DNA of 32,000 nucleotides. Origin: Prochlorococcus marinus str. NATL2A (GTDB lineage: Bacteria; Cyanobacteriota; Cyanobacteriia; PCC-6307; Cyanobiaceae). This document shows positions 18,744 to 28,168 of this stretch, piece by piece. Below the pieces are notes generated by a model. That model was not told the origin of the DNA and did not search any database. It saw only the letters and a program-made list of their open reading frames with translations. The stretch's first letter is position 1. Every line of letters starts with the position of its first letter. The stretch is taken from contig NC_007335.2 in NCBI RefSeq assembly GCF_000012465.1, positions 420,001 to 452,000 on the forward strand. The letters are read 5' to 3'. The position numbers and the translations under genes are program-made.

Positions 18744-19745
18744 ATGAATACTAATACGCTAGGAAGGAGAGAATTCATCAAATATGGATTGAGTTCCTCT
18801 TTAGTTTTGTTATCTGGGTGCTCAACGTCTCAAAAAAAATTAGCTTTGAGAGGAGTTACCAACAGTTTCCCAAGTGAATTTGTTAATAGTTTGTCTAACG
18901 GTTGGGAGTTTTTCCCTATAAAAGATATTGAGTTCAAGAAATCTCCCTATAACTCTGCACTTAACGAAAAAACTGATTTATTAGTCTTAAATGATGGTTG
19001 GATTTCCGATTTACCTATTAATTCACTTCAAGAAATCAAAGCAAATAATATTAGAAATAATTTCAGCAAGCAGACTAGTGCTTTTCTCGATGGATTAGGA
19101 AAGGATTATAAAAACAAGCTTTTTCCTTTAGCTGTTAGTCCTTGGGTGATACTTTTTAGAAATGAAGATTCTTTGGCTCTCAACAATAAGAATTCTTGGG
19201 AAGTTGTTTTTTCGAGTTCACTTACAAAACAAATAGTTTTTCCTAAAAGTCCTTATCTTCTGATTTCAATAGCACAAAAAATAGATTTAGTTAATGATTT
19301 CTCAAAAATCAAAAGTCAAGCCCATTCATTTGATGATATGAATGCTTTAAATTGGGTTGTTTCAGGTCGAGCTAATGCAGCAGTTTTACCTTTATCTAGT
19401 TGTGTTGATAGCCTTGTTAAAGACCCTCGTTTGTCTGTTCTGTTGCCCCAAGAGGGTAGCCCACTGAATTGGACAGTACTTGCTTCTCCTTCCGCGTCTC
19501 TAGAGTCTTTCCCTACTGATTGGTTTAATTCGTTATGGAGCTCTACTTATTTGAGACGTGTAATAAGTAAAGGTTTTTTGCCCCCAACAAATTTCTTAGA
19601 CTTAAGAAGAAAAAATATAAATGTACCCAAAAGGTATCAATCTATCTTTCTTCCTGAAGAAAGTGTTTGGAATAAATGTTGGTCATTGCCGATTTTAAGT
19701 TTTCAGGAAAAAAAAGAGTTGGCCTTGAATTGGAATAATTCATAA
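18744..19745 (+). CDS. Putative Tat-exported lipoprotein, possibly solute-binding-protein-like
   Basis: An ATG at 18744 gives MNTNTLGRREFIKYGLSSSLVLLSG|CS, which combines the twin-arginine consensus (RRxFIK), an h-region and a lipobox. The listed TTG at 18723 would overlap the upstream gene and bury the signal. The mature part is soluble and about 310 aa. Confidence 0.6.
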   Translation: MNTNTLGRREFIKYGLSSSLVLLSGCSTSQKKLALRGVTNSFPSEFVNSLSNGWEFFPIKDIEFKKSPYNSALNEKTDLLVLNDGWISDLPINSLQEIKANNIRNNFSKQTSAFLDGLGKDYKNKLFPLAVSPWVILFRNEDSLALNNKNSWEVVFSSSLTKQIVFPKSPYLLISIAQKIDLVNDFSKIKSQAHSFDDMNALNWVVSGRANAAVLPLSSCVDSLVKDPRLSVLLPQEGSPLNWTVLASPSASLESFPTDWFNSLWSSTYLRRVISKGFLPPTNFLDLRRKNINVPKRYQSIFLPEESVWNKCWSLPILSFQEKKELALNWNNS

Positions 19746-19829
19746 CCGAACTATCTTTGAAATTCAAAAACCTTTTCAGAGACATTTCCAAATACCATAA
19801 CTAGCATTCTAAAAGTTCTAAGCTCAATA

Positions 19830-20483
19830 ATGTTTACTGGTTTAATTCAGGCTATTGGCACGATCAAGAAAAATAATTTGGGGGTAATTGTTGATGGATG
19901 TAACCCTTTCTCTCCGTTAAAACTTGGAGATAGTGTATCTGTTGATGGAGTGTGTCTAACAGTTTCTGAGTTGATGAATGATTCTTTTTTCTCAAATATA
20001 AGTGAAGAGACTCTTAAGAGAACAAATCTTGCAGAAAAAGCTCAGAAAAATGGTTATGTAAATCTTGAGCCAGCATTACGTCTGTCTGACCGCTTAGGTG
20101 GACATATTGTAAGTGGACACATAGACGGGTTGGGTAAAGTTGTTTCAATCGAAAATTTGAAAAATTCTTGGAATTTGAGAGTATCTTGGGATGATTTAAA
20201 CTTTTGCAGATATATGTGCGATAAGGCGAGTATTAGCCTAAATGGAATAAGTCTTACTATCGCTGAGATCTATGTTGATGGGTGTGAATTTTCAGTAGCC
20301 GTAATACCTCATACGTGGTCAAATACATGCTTGAAGTTTTTGAAAATTGGAGAAAAGGTTAATTTGGAAGTTGACTTGATGGCTAAGTATGCAGAAAAAC
20401 TTCTAAAAGTAAATAATAATGATTCCATTTCGAAACAAAGCCCAGTAATTAATTCTCAGTGGCTAAGTGAGCAAGGTTGGTAA
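19830..20483 (+). CDS. ribE: Riboflavin synthase alpha chain
   Basis: MFTGLIQAIGTI..., the duplicated lumazine-binding halves (GDSVSVDGVCLTV and SISLNGISLTI) and GGHIVSGHIDG are present. Confidence 0.9.
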   Translation: MFTGLIQAIGTIKKNNLGVIVDGCNPFSPLKLGDSVSVDGVCLTVSELMNDSFFSNISEETLKRTNLAEKAQKNGYVNLEPALRLSDRLGGHIVSGHIDGLGKVVSIENLKNSWNLRVSWDDLNFCRYMCDKASISLNGISLTIAEIYVDGCEFSVAVIPHTWSNTCLKFLKIGEKVNLEVDLMAKYAEKLLKVNNNDSISKQSPVINSQWLSEQGW

Positions 20484-20528
20484 TAGTAATTTTATGTTTA
20501 ATTTATATAATTTACTTTGAGAAATTTG

Positions 20529-20885
20529 TTATTTCTTGAGTGGTAACAAACTTATCGCGCCTGACTCTTTTCGTACATCAATACGAAATTCCTGTCCAGG
20601 TTCAAGCCCTAATTTTTTTGTATAGGCATGCCCAATAAGAAGATTGCCATTGCCATGAACTTTTGTACGGAATTCTGCCTGCCTTCCTCTTGAGGATCTA
20701 TTTCCTGCTCTTCCAGGACCATTTGAACGAAGTTTATAACCCTTTGCCTCAACTAGAGCACGATAAAAACTTTTACGTAAAACTCTTCCACTTGGCCCAA
20801 CGTAACCACAACCTTTAGCTATTTCGTCTTCTGGACGGTCGCTCAAAGATCTTGCTTTGTCTAGGAGTTCTTTTCCAACAAGCAT
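20529..20885 (-). CDS. Cyanobacterial AbrB-like transcriptional regulator (cyAbrB/CalA family)
   Basis: The conserved cyanobacterial N-terminal region (ELLDKARSLSD...IAKGCGYV...FYRALVEAKG) is followed by a C-terminal AbrB/SpoVT swapped-hairpin segment (LLIGHAYTKKLGLEPGQEFRIDV). This C-terminal placement is typical of cyAbrB. Confidence 0.8.
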   Translation of the reverse strand: MLVGKELLDKARSLSDRPEDEIAKGCGYVGPSGRVLRKSFYRALVEAKGYKLRSNGPGRAGNRSSRGRQAEFRTKVHGNGNLLIGHAYTKKLGLEPGQEFRIDVRKESGAISLLPLKK

Positions 20886-20980
20886 TTCAGACTGTTTTAA
20901 TTAACTGAATTCTGACCAATAAGTGGAATTGTGGCAACAAATTAATTGAAAGTTTCTTGCTTAGTATCATTATTCCCCTC

Positions 20981-21586
20981 TTAAAGCAGATAAAGGATGA
21001 TGAATAAAACGACCCAAATCCCATCGACGAAGTGCCAATAGAGCTCTACAGCCTCAAATGGAAACTTGTTTTGATTATTCACTCGGCCAGATGGGACACG
21101 TGTTTGCCACCAAATAATCATTATCATTATTGAACCAAGTGTTACGTGAAGCCCATGAAAGCCAGTTAATGCATAAAAAGTACTCGCAAAAAGGTTGTCA
21201 GTTAATCCAAAAGGCAAAGTAAAATACTCAAACATTTGGCTGATTAAAAATGCCACTCCCAATACACCTGTTATGAGGAGCCATTTTTGGCAGAGCTTTG
21301 ATTCGTTTTTTTCTAGGAATTTCCCAGCCCGATGAAAAGTAAAGCTACTAACTAAGAGCAAGATTGTATTTAAAGTTGGTAAAGGTAGTTCTAATTCATA
21401 AATAGCATCAGGACCAATAGGATTGACTGCTTTGAAAGTGAGATATGCCGCGAAAAAACCTGCAAAGGTCATCCCGTCTGCGATTAAAAAAGCTATTAAG
21501 CCAAACAAACGAAAATCTTCATGTTCTTCAGTTGATAGCTCATTCTTGCTTCCTGAGGATTGCTCTTTTGGAACTATTGATGTCAT
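20981..21586 (-). CDS. ctaE: Cytochrome c oxidase subunit III
   Basis: It has 5+ TM helices, the FYALTGFHGLHVTLG motif and the YWHFVDGIWVVLF C-terminal motif. Its start overlaps the ctaD stop by 4 nt (ATGA). Confidence 0.93.
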   Translation of the reverse strand: MTSIVPKEQSSGSKNELSTEEHEDFRLFGLIAFLIADGMTFAGFFAAYLTFKAVNPIGPDAIYELELPLPTLNTILLLVSSFTFHRAGKFLEKNESKLCQKWLLITGVLGVAFLISQMFEYFTLPFGLTDNLFASTFYALTGFHGLHVTLGSIMIMIIWWQTRVPSGRVNNQNKFPFEAVELYWHFVDGIWVVLFIILYLL

Positions 21587-23223
21587 CTGATTGCCTCCTG
21601 AGTCTCATTTGAATCTTTTTTTCCATAACCATAAGGTTCAAGAACGAGTGGGGCTTCTCCGTCCCAATTCTCAACAGGAGGAGGAGAACTTGTTAACCAC
21701 TCAGGAGTTAGTGCATTCCAAGGGTTATCACCAGCTTCTTCCCCAAAGAGGCTGCTTTGAAGAATATTCCATAAGAAAGGTAAAGTACTTAAAGCCATTA
21801 ATAATGCACCTACACTACTAATTTGATTGATTAACTGAAATTGTGGATCGTATTCGGCAACTCGTCGAGGCATTCCGTTTAAACCTAGCCAATGTTGAGG
21901 AGCAAAACAAAGATTAAAGCCTATAAAAGTAATTATAAAGTGGAATCTTCCAAGATTTTCATTGAGCATTTTTCCAGTAAATTTTGGGAACCAGTGATAA
22001 ATCGAGGAGAAGATAACAAAGACAGAACCGCCATAAACTATGTAATGAAAATGGGCAACAACAAAATAAGTGTCGTGTACATGAACATCAAAAGGTACTT
22101 GCGCTAGTGCAACTCCCGTTATTCCACCTAAAACAAAGTTAATAATAAATCCGCAGGAAAATAACATTGCAGCATTAAGTGATATTTTCCCTCCCCATAA
22201 GGTCGCAACCCAATTAAAAAATTTAATACCTGTGGGAACAGCTATAAATGCAGTAGCGATTGTAAAAAATAAGCGCATCCAAGGAGGAGTACCGCTTGTA
22301 AACATATGATGAGCCCAAACAACTAGACCTAACACAACTATTCCCATAATTGAGAAGACCATTGTTGTATAGCCAAAAAGTGGTTTTCTACTATGGATTG
22401 GAAGTATTTCACTGACTAAACCAAAGGCAGGTAAGACCATGATATAAACAGCAGGATGCGAGTAAAACCAAAAAAGATGTTGATAAACGATTACATTCCC
22501 ACCAAGACTTGGGTTGAAGAAACCGGTATGAGCAACTATGTCAAAGCTCAGCAGTATTAGAGTACCAGCGAGAACAGGAGTTGATAGAACTACAAGAATA
22601 CTCGTGCCAAGCATTGCCCAGCAATACATAGGTAATTGCATTAATTTAAGACCAGGTCTCCTTAGCTTGAGGATGGTGGCGATGAAATTAATGCCACCAA
22701 AAATTGAGCTCCCACCCAAAAGCAAGACACTTAATATCCAAATGATTTGCCCAGCGGCTGGAGTCGTAATGCTTAAAGGCGGGTAAGCTGTCCACCCGGA
22801 TTGTGCGGCTCCGTTTATGAAATAACTTGTTATTAACATTAAGCCAGAGGGAGGTATTAGCCAAAAAGCAACTGCATTCAGCCTTGGGAAAGCCATGTCC
22901 CTAGCCCCAACATAAAAGGGTATTAAATAGTTTCCAAAGGCACCATTTACTACAGGCACGATCCATAAGAAAATCATGATTGTGCCGTGGAGAGTTAAAA
23001 CCTGGTTGTAAACCTCTCTAGGCATAAAATCTGAGAGGGGACTGATGAGTTCTACTCTTATTGCTCCAGCTAAAGATCCTCCAATTAAATAAAACAAGAA
23101 ACCACAAACTAAATATTGAAGTCCTATGACTTTGTGATCAAGACTAAAACTCAGATATTTGAGCCATCCAGTTGGTTGAAGTTTTTCTGGAGAAGAGTTG
23201 TTTGGTTTGAGTGAAATAGTCAT
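21583..23223 (-). CDS. ctaD: Cytochrome c oxidase subunit I (heme-copper oxidase)
   Basis: The heme and CuB ligand motifs are present: WFYSHPAVYIMVLPAFG, VWAHHMFTSG and HDTYFVVAHFHYIV. The protein is 546 aa. Confidence 0.97.
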   Translation of the reverse strand: MTISLKPNNSSPEKLQPTGWLKYLSFSLDHKVIGLQYLVCGFLFYLIGGSLAGAIRVELISPLSDFMPREVYNQVLTLHGTIMIFLWIVPVVNGAFGNYLIPFYVGARDMAFPRLNAVAFWLIPPSGLMLITSYFINGAAQSGWTAYPPLSITTPAAGQIIWILSVLLLGGSSIFGGINFIATILKLRRPGLKLMQLPMYCWAMLGTSILVVLSTPVLAGTLILLSFDIVAHTGFFNPSLGGNVIVYQHLFWFYSHPAVYIMVLPAFGLVSEILPIHSRKPLFGYTTMVFSIMGIVVLGLVVWAHHMFTSGTPPWMRLFFTIATAFIAVPTGIKFFNWVATLWGGKISLNAAMLFSCGFIINFVLGGITGVALAQVPFDVHVHDTYFVVAHFHYIVYGGSVFVIFSSIYHWFPKFTGKMLNENLGRFHFIITFIGFNLCFAPQHWLGLNGMPRRVAEYDPQFQLINQISSVGALLMALSTLPFLWNILQSSLFGEEAGDNPWNALTPEWLTSSPPPVENWDGEAPLVLEPYGYGKKDSNETQEAIR

Positions 23224-23227
23224 GAAC

Positions 23228-24040
23228 TTATATTGATTCTTTAGAGTTTTCTTTTAACCAAGTATCAAAGTCTTCTTGTTCATCAACTATTACGTTTGAT
23301 CTCATCCCACCATGATAAGGACCACACAATTCTGCGCAAACAATTGGGAAATTACCTGCTTTTGTCGGAGTGAAATTTAAAATAGTTGGTTGGCCAGGAA
23401 TGACATCTTGTTTAAGTCTGAATTGAGGCACCCAAAAAGCATGTATTACATCTTTAGATTCCATTTTTAAACTAACTTCTCTTCCAACAGGAACATGAAG
23501 TTCGCCCGAAATAATATCTCCTTTTGGATAGTGAAAGATAAAAGCAAATTGCATTGCAGTTAACTCAATTGGTAATGATGATGAATTTTTTTTAGATGAA
23601 GACTCAATTGGACCAGAACCAATCCCTCCCCAAACTCTCTCGGCCTGATTATCCATTTGCCCACTGTGATCATGCATTAAAGGTTGCATACCACCCATTC
23701 GATCATAAATATCGTAGCTATATAAACCTACAAATAAAACAACAATTGCAGGAACTGCTGTCCAGAAAATTTCGAGAGAAATATTACCCTCTAAGTTAAC
23801 GCCATCTCCAGTTTCTCCAGGTCTACGACGAAATTGGATAAGACTATAAATTACTAAAGCAGTCATACCTATGAAAAGTATGGCGCCAATAATGAACAGG
23901 ACTCGATAGAGTTCATCGTAAACAGGAGCATTCATGCTCGCGCTCACGGGAAGCATATCTACGTTGTACGCAACCCAAACTCCAGCTATTCCAAGAATTA
24001 AACTTGTTGTAAGAGTTAAGATGGCCGACAGTTTCGGCAA
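23228..24040 (-). CDS. ctaC: Cytochrome c oxidase subunit II (CuA)
   Basis: Two N-terminal TM helices are followed by a cupredoxin domain with CuA ligands: HAFWVPQF...CAELCGPYHGGM. Confidence 0.93.
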   Translation of the reverse strand: MPKLSAILTLTTSLILGIAGVWVAYNVDMLPVSASMNAPVYDELYRVLFIIGAILFIGMTALVIYSLIQFRRRPGETGDGVNLEGNISLEIFWTAVPAIVVLFVGLYSYDIYDRMGGMQPLMHDHSGQMDNQAERVWGGIGSGPIESSSKKNSSSLPIELTAMQFAFIFHYPKGDIISGELHVPVGREVSLKMESKDVIHAFWVPQFRLKQDVIPGQPTILNFTPTKAGNFPIVCAELCGPYHGGMRSNVIVDEQEDFDTWLKENSKESI

Positions 24041-24223
24041 GAAGATCTCCTTTTCTATCTATAGGTTATGGGCAAAAGTAATTAATGTATCGGCTAATTG
24101 TTAATTCAAGATGAATAATTTTTTTTAAAGAGAATCTTTATGTTCCAGTCAGTTTATTCAGGTGACGTGTAAGAAGTAATCGCTACGTTGAGTAAACAAT
24201 GATCTTGATGGATTTTTGCATAC

Positions 24224-25150
24224 GTGCAGTTTTTTTATCCACCCAAGCCACTCTTTAGATTTGGCCAGCTTGCTGCTCACGTGGTAGTTGCGCTTATTGC
24301 TCTTGTAGTGATAGGAGGAGCAACCAGAGTTATGGAGGCTGGTCTCGCTTGCCCAGACTGGCCCCTTTGCTACGGATCGTTTTTGCCTGGTAGGCAAATG
24401 AATTTACAAGTCTTCTTGGAATGGTTTCATCGCTTAGATGCCTTCTTCGTAGGGATTGTGTTAATTACACAATTTGCTTTCTCTTTATACTGGGCAAAAA
24501 CTTTACCTAAATGGCTTCCTTGGATCTATGGATTCTTGACTTTTTTGGTTTCTCTGCAGGGTTTTTTAGGTGCTTTGACAGTACTGCAATTATTACCATC
24601 TTTAGTCGTCATGGCTCATCTTGTAGTTGCATTTACTCTTGTTGCCATTATGAGTGGTGTGACTCAACAATTACTTAATCCAGGTAAATCAATTTTTCCA
24701 ACTTGGCTTCGTTGTTTTGGATTTTTATCCCTTTTTGCAGTGATAGCTCAGTCTTTACTAGGAAGTAGGGTTGCAACCTCGTGGGCCGCTCAAAGATGCT
24801 TGGATTTTGGAGAGTCTTGCAATCTTTTAGGACTTCATCGAGTAAGTGCTATCCCAGTGAGCTTTTTGGTGATTTTATTTGTAATCGTTTCATCTTTACA
24901 GAGAGATGTTTTTATTAAGCAATGGCCCTATCTTTTAACGATTATTTTTTTGATCATTTCACAAATCCTTTTAGGAGCTTTTTCTATTCATCTAAGGATG
25001 AGTGAGCCTAGCCTTATCATTGGTCATCAACTAATTGCCTGCTTGTTAGTTGCCGTAATAGCAGCCTTGAATTTTAAAGGTAGAGGAAATGATGACTCTT
25101 CCCAATCACTTTATATAAATCAATCAACATTGGAGACATGTCATGGTTAG
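24224..25150 (+). CDS. ctaA: Heme A synthase (COX15/CtaA)
   Basis: [29 protein letters not shown] and a later HR/H-containing helix pattern are present across 8 TM helices. The start is a GTG whose exact position is uncertain. The gene is divergent from ctaC. Confidence 0.85.
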   Translation: MQFFYPPKPLFRFGQLAAHVVVALIALVVIGGATRVMEAGLACPDWPLCYGSFLPGRQMNLQVFLEWFHRLDAFFVGIVLITQFAFSLYWAKTLPKWLPWIYGFLTFLVSLQGFLGALTVLQLLPSLVVMAHLVVAFTLVAIMSGVTQQLLNPGKSIFPTWLRCFGFLSLFAVIAQSLLGSRVATSWAAQRCLDFGESCNLLGLHRVSAIPVSFLVILFVIVSSLQRDVFIKQWPYLLTIIFLIISQILLGAFSIHLRMSEPSLIIGHQLIACLLVAVIAALNFKGRGNDDSSQSLYINQSTLETCHG

Positions 25151-26138
25151 CTCTACGTCAGAATTAATTACACAGCCCGTTAATCGTGAGGAAGTAGTTC
25201 CTTCCAGAAAGCGTATTAAACTGCCAGCCTGGCTAGAAGTCGTCAAACCAAGATTAATTCCTCTTTTACTTGCAACAACTGTTGGAGGAATGGCTCTTTC
25301 GGAGGAATGGCCATTACCCTCTCCAAGATTGGCATGCACTTTAGGAGGAGGAGCCCTTGCCGCTGCGGCTGCAGGAGCTCTTAATTGCTTATGGGAACAA
25401 GATCTTGATAAGCGAATGAAACGAACCAGTAATAGAGCATTACCTTCTGGGCGCCTTTCTCAGTCTTCTGTTTTTATTGGAGCAGTTGCTTGTACACTTG
25501 TTTCTTCAGCCCTTTTGGTAAGTGGAGTTAACTGTTTAGCAGCGGGACTTACTCTTTTAGGACTTTGTAGTTACGTACTTCTCTATACAGCTTTCTTAAA
25601 ACCTAGAACATCTCAAAATATAGTTTTTGGAGGTGTTGCTGGAGCAATTCCCCCTCTTGTAGGAGCTTCAGCGGCGGCAGGACATATTGGATTAGGTGGT
25701 TGGTGGCTATTCTCTTTGGTTATGGTGTGGACCCCAGCACATTTTTGGGCTTTGGCCATCTTGTTGAAAGAGGACTATCGATCTGTTGGCATTCCTATGC
25801 TTCCTACAGTAAGTGGACCTTTTGTTACAGCTAAGGCTATCTCTGTGTATGGCTATCTAACTGTATTTTTGAGCTTTTTAGGGTGCTTCGTTTTACCTGA
25901 AGGAGGTTTGTTATATGGAATTTTATTGCTACCTTATAATTCAAGACTTCTTCAATTGGTTTCCAGATTAAGAGATAATCCCGAAGATTTAGATCGTGCG
26001 AAGGGTTTATTTCGATGGTCTATTCTTTACATGTTTGGGGTTTGTTTTTTGCTTGTTATTAGTAGATTACAAGTGTCAATTGTTTTTAATGATCAGTTGA
26101 TAGCTTTAATTAAAGACTTCTCTACCGGATTTTCGTAA
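25143..26138 (+). CDS. ctaB: Protoheme IX farnesyltransferase (heme O synthase)
   Basis: The UbiA-family motif [23 protein letters not shown] and TPAHFWALA are present. The ATG overlaps the ctaA stop by 8 nt, which suggests translational coupling. Confidence 0.9.
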   Translation: MVSSTSELITQPVNREEVVPSRKRIKLPAWLEVVKPRLIPLLLATTVGGMALSEEWPLPSPRLACTLGGGALAAAAAGALNCLWEQDLDKRMKRTSNRALPSGRLSQSSVFIGAVACTLVSSALLVSGVNCLAAGLTLLGLCSYVLLYTAFLKPRTSQNIVFGGVAGAIPPLVGASAAAGHIGLGGWWLFSLVMVWTPAHFWALAILLKEDYRSVGIPMLPTVSGPFVTAKAISVYGYLTVFLSFLGCFVLPEGGLLYGILLLPYNSRLLQLVSRLRDNPEDLDRAKGLFRWSILYMFGVCFLLVISRLQVSIVFNDQLIALIKDFSTGFS

Positions 26139-26239
26139 ATCTATAAAATAAAAATAAAAACTTTATGAACTTGCTCTCCAAAATTAATTAGAATTTGTTA
26201 GAAGATATCAGCTTATCTTTTTAGGCAATTTATTCCTAG

Positions 26240-27253
26240 ATGTTTTTCATCAAACTTAGAGATTTATTTAAGTCTTATGGGCCTGTTATGGCTCTAAATG
26301 GACTTAACCTTGAAGTCCCTAAAGGTTCTTTGTATGGATTGTTGGGGCCAAATGGTGCAGGTAAAAGCACTGCACTTAGAATTATCTGTACTCTCCTTTC
26401 GCCTGATTCTGGTCATGTTGAGGTCGGGGGACATAATGTCTTGTTTGAGGAAAAAGAAACCAGACGAAGATTGGGTTATGTAGCTCAAGATGTCGCAATC
26501 GATAAAATACTTACAGGTAGAGAGTTGTTAGAGCTTCAAGGGGATCTTTATCATCTTGATAAAAAATATAAGAGAAGGAGAATTGAAGAATTGATAGAGA
26601 GACTGGATATGCATGAATGGATTGATAGACGATGTGGTTCTTTTTCGGGAGGTATGAAAAGAAGACTTGACCTCTCCTCAGGATTGTTGCATGAACCAGA
26701 ATTATTGATTCTTGATGAACCTACTGTTGGGTTGGACATAGAAAGTCGGTCAGTTATTTGGGGATTATTGAAGGAACTTAGAAATAAAGAAACTACAATT
26801 CTTTTAAGTAGTCATTATCTCGAGGAAGTGGATGAATTGGCAGATGAGATGGCTATTATTGATAAAGGAAAAGTCATTGCGAGTGGAAAACCAGATGATT
26901 TAAAGAAAGAACTTGGTGGAGATAGAGTGACACTTAGGGTGCGAGAGTTCAGTGATGAAGTAGAAGCTGAATCTGTAAAGAAATTAATTAAAAATATAAA
27001 TGGGGTGTCAAATGTAGTGGTGAATCAAACGCAAGGATATTCTCTAAATTTTTTAGTGCAAAGTAATGATGTTATATCTAATTTGTCGGGTCATCTTTCA
27101 AAAGAAAATTTCGAAGTCTTTGCTCTTTCTCACAGTAGGCCAAGTTTAGATGATGTTTATCTTCAGGCGACAGGAAAAACGCTTATGGACGCTGAATTAG
27201 AACTTGCTGGTAAAAGAGATTTTAAGCTTGAGAATAAGAAATCGATGCGTTAA
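26240..27253 (+). CDS. ABC-2-type exporter ATP-binding protein (DrrA/CcmA-like)
   Basis: Walker A GPNGAGKST, the signature FSGGMKRRLDL, Walker B LLILDEPT and the H-loop SSHYLEE are present, plus the C-terminal extension typical of DrrA-like ATPases. Confidence 0.9.
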   Translation: MFFIKLRDLFKSYGPVMALNGLNLEVPKGSLYGLLGPNGAGKSTALRIICTLLSPDSGHVEVGGHNVLFEEKETRRRLGYVAQDVAIDKILTGRELLELQGDLYHLDKKYKRRRIEELIERLDMHEWIDRRCGSFSGGMKRRLDLSSGLLHEPELLILDEPTVGLDIESRSVIWGLLKELRNKETTILLSSHYLEEVDELADEMAIIDKGKVIASGKPDDLKKELGGDRVTLRVREFSDEVEAESVKKLIKNINGVSNVVVNQTQGYSLNFLVQSNDVISNLSGHLSKENFEVFALSHSRPSLDDVYLQATGKTLMDAELELAGKRDFKLENKKSMR

Positions 27254-27284
27254 TGAACTGTATTACTCCTGAATTATTAAACAC

Positions 27285-28139
27285 ATGATTACTACTAACC
27301 CATCACTTCAGAAGGAAAAGCAATCTAGAAATGATTTGAATGAAATGTCTCAGGAGATTTCTGCTTTAACTTGGAGGCTTTTCATTCAATTAATTCGACG
27401 ACCCTCAACGTTATTTGCAGGGATTCTTCAGCCTTTGATATGGCTTTTACTTTTTGCAGCGTTATTCTCTAAAGCTCCTATTGATTTTTTGCCAGGGAGC
27501 AGTAGCTATGGAGAATTCCTTGGTGCAGGATTAATAGTCTTTACTGCTTTTAGTGGTGCTCTTAATGCTGGTCTCCCTTTGATGTTTGATAGAGAATTTG
27601 GTTTTCTAAATCGACTATTAGTTGCACCATTGAGTAGTAGAAGTTCAATAGTAATTTCGTCAGTAATCTATATAACTTCTATTAGCCTTTTGCAGAGTTT
27701 TGCAATAATGGCAACTTCTGCTCTCTTGGGTTATGGATGGCCAAGTCTGGGAGGTTTTCTTCTCATAGCAATAACCTTATTGTTATTGGTATTTGCAATA
27801 ACTGGCCTAAGTCTTGGGTTGGCCTTTGTTTTACCAGGACATATAGAACTAATTGCAATTATCTTCATAGCTAATCTGCCTGTCCTTTTTGCTAGCACAG
27901 CCCTAGCCCCCATATCTTTTATGCCCGAATGGCTTGGATGGATAGCATCAATTAACCCATTAACATTTGCAATTGAACCTATTCGAATGGCTTACCATAG
28001 TTCTGTCGATCTGAGAGCAATTTTAATAGAGGCTCCTTATGGAGAAGTGAATGGATATTCTTGTTTAGCAATTCTATTAATTCTTACAGTTGGATTATTT
28101 TTTCTTATCAGACCTCTTTTAAATCGCAAACTTGCTTGA
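27285..28139 (+). CDS. ABC-2-type transporter permease
   Basis: This 6-TM protein lies 31 nt downstream of the ATPase. Its N-terminal RRPSTLFAGILQPLIWLLLF and overall layout are typical of ABC-2 membrane subunits. Confidence 0.85.
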   Translation: MITTNPSLQKEKQSRNDLNEMSQEISALTWRLFIQLIRRPSTLFAGILQPLIWLLLFAALFSKAPIDFLPGSSSYGEFLGAGLIVFTAFSGALNAGLPLMFDREFGFLNRLLVAPLSSRSSIVISSVIYITSISLLQSFAIMATSALLGYGWPSLGGFLLIAITLLLLVFAITGLSLGLAFVLPGHIELIAIIFIANLPVLFASTALAPISFMPEWLGWIASINPLTFAIEPIRMAYHSSVDLRAILIEAPYGEVNGYSCLAILLILTVGLFFLIRPLLNRKLA

Positions 28140-28168
28140 TAATCTTAATTTAGCGATTTAAAAGAATC

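Noticed and set aside
24158-24397. A 79-aa minus-strand ORF spans the ctaC-ctaA divergent region and the first 58 codons of ctaA.
   Set aside because: It overlaps the conserved CtaA N-terminus ([21 protein letters not shown]) on the opposite strand. Its product is basic and low-complexity, with no motif. The intergenic part is better explained as divergent promoters.
26202-26222. There are weak hairpins after ctaB (AAGATA-N6-TATCTT followed by TTT) and after lepA (1494-1512).
   Set aside because: The stems are 6 bp, almost pure A/T, with short T-runs. They are not distinguishable from background in this composition, so I did not list them as terminators.
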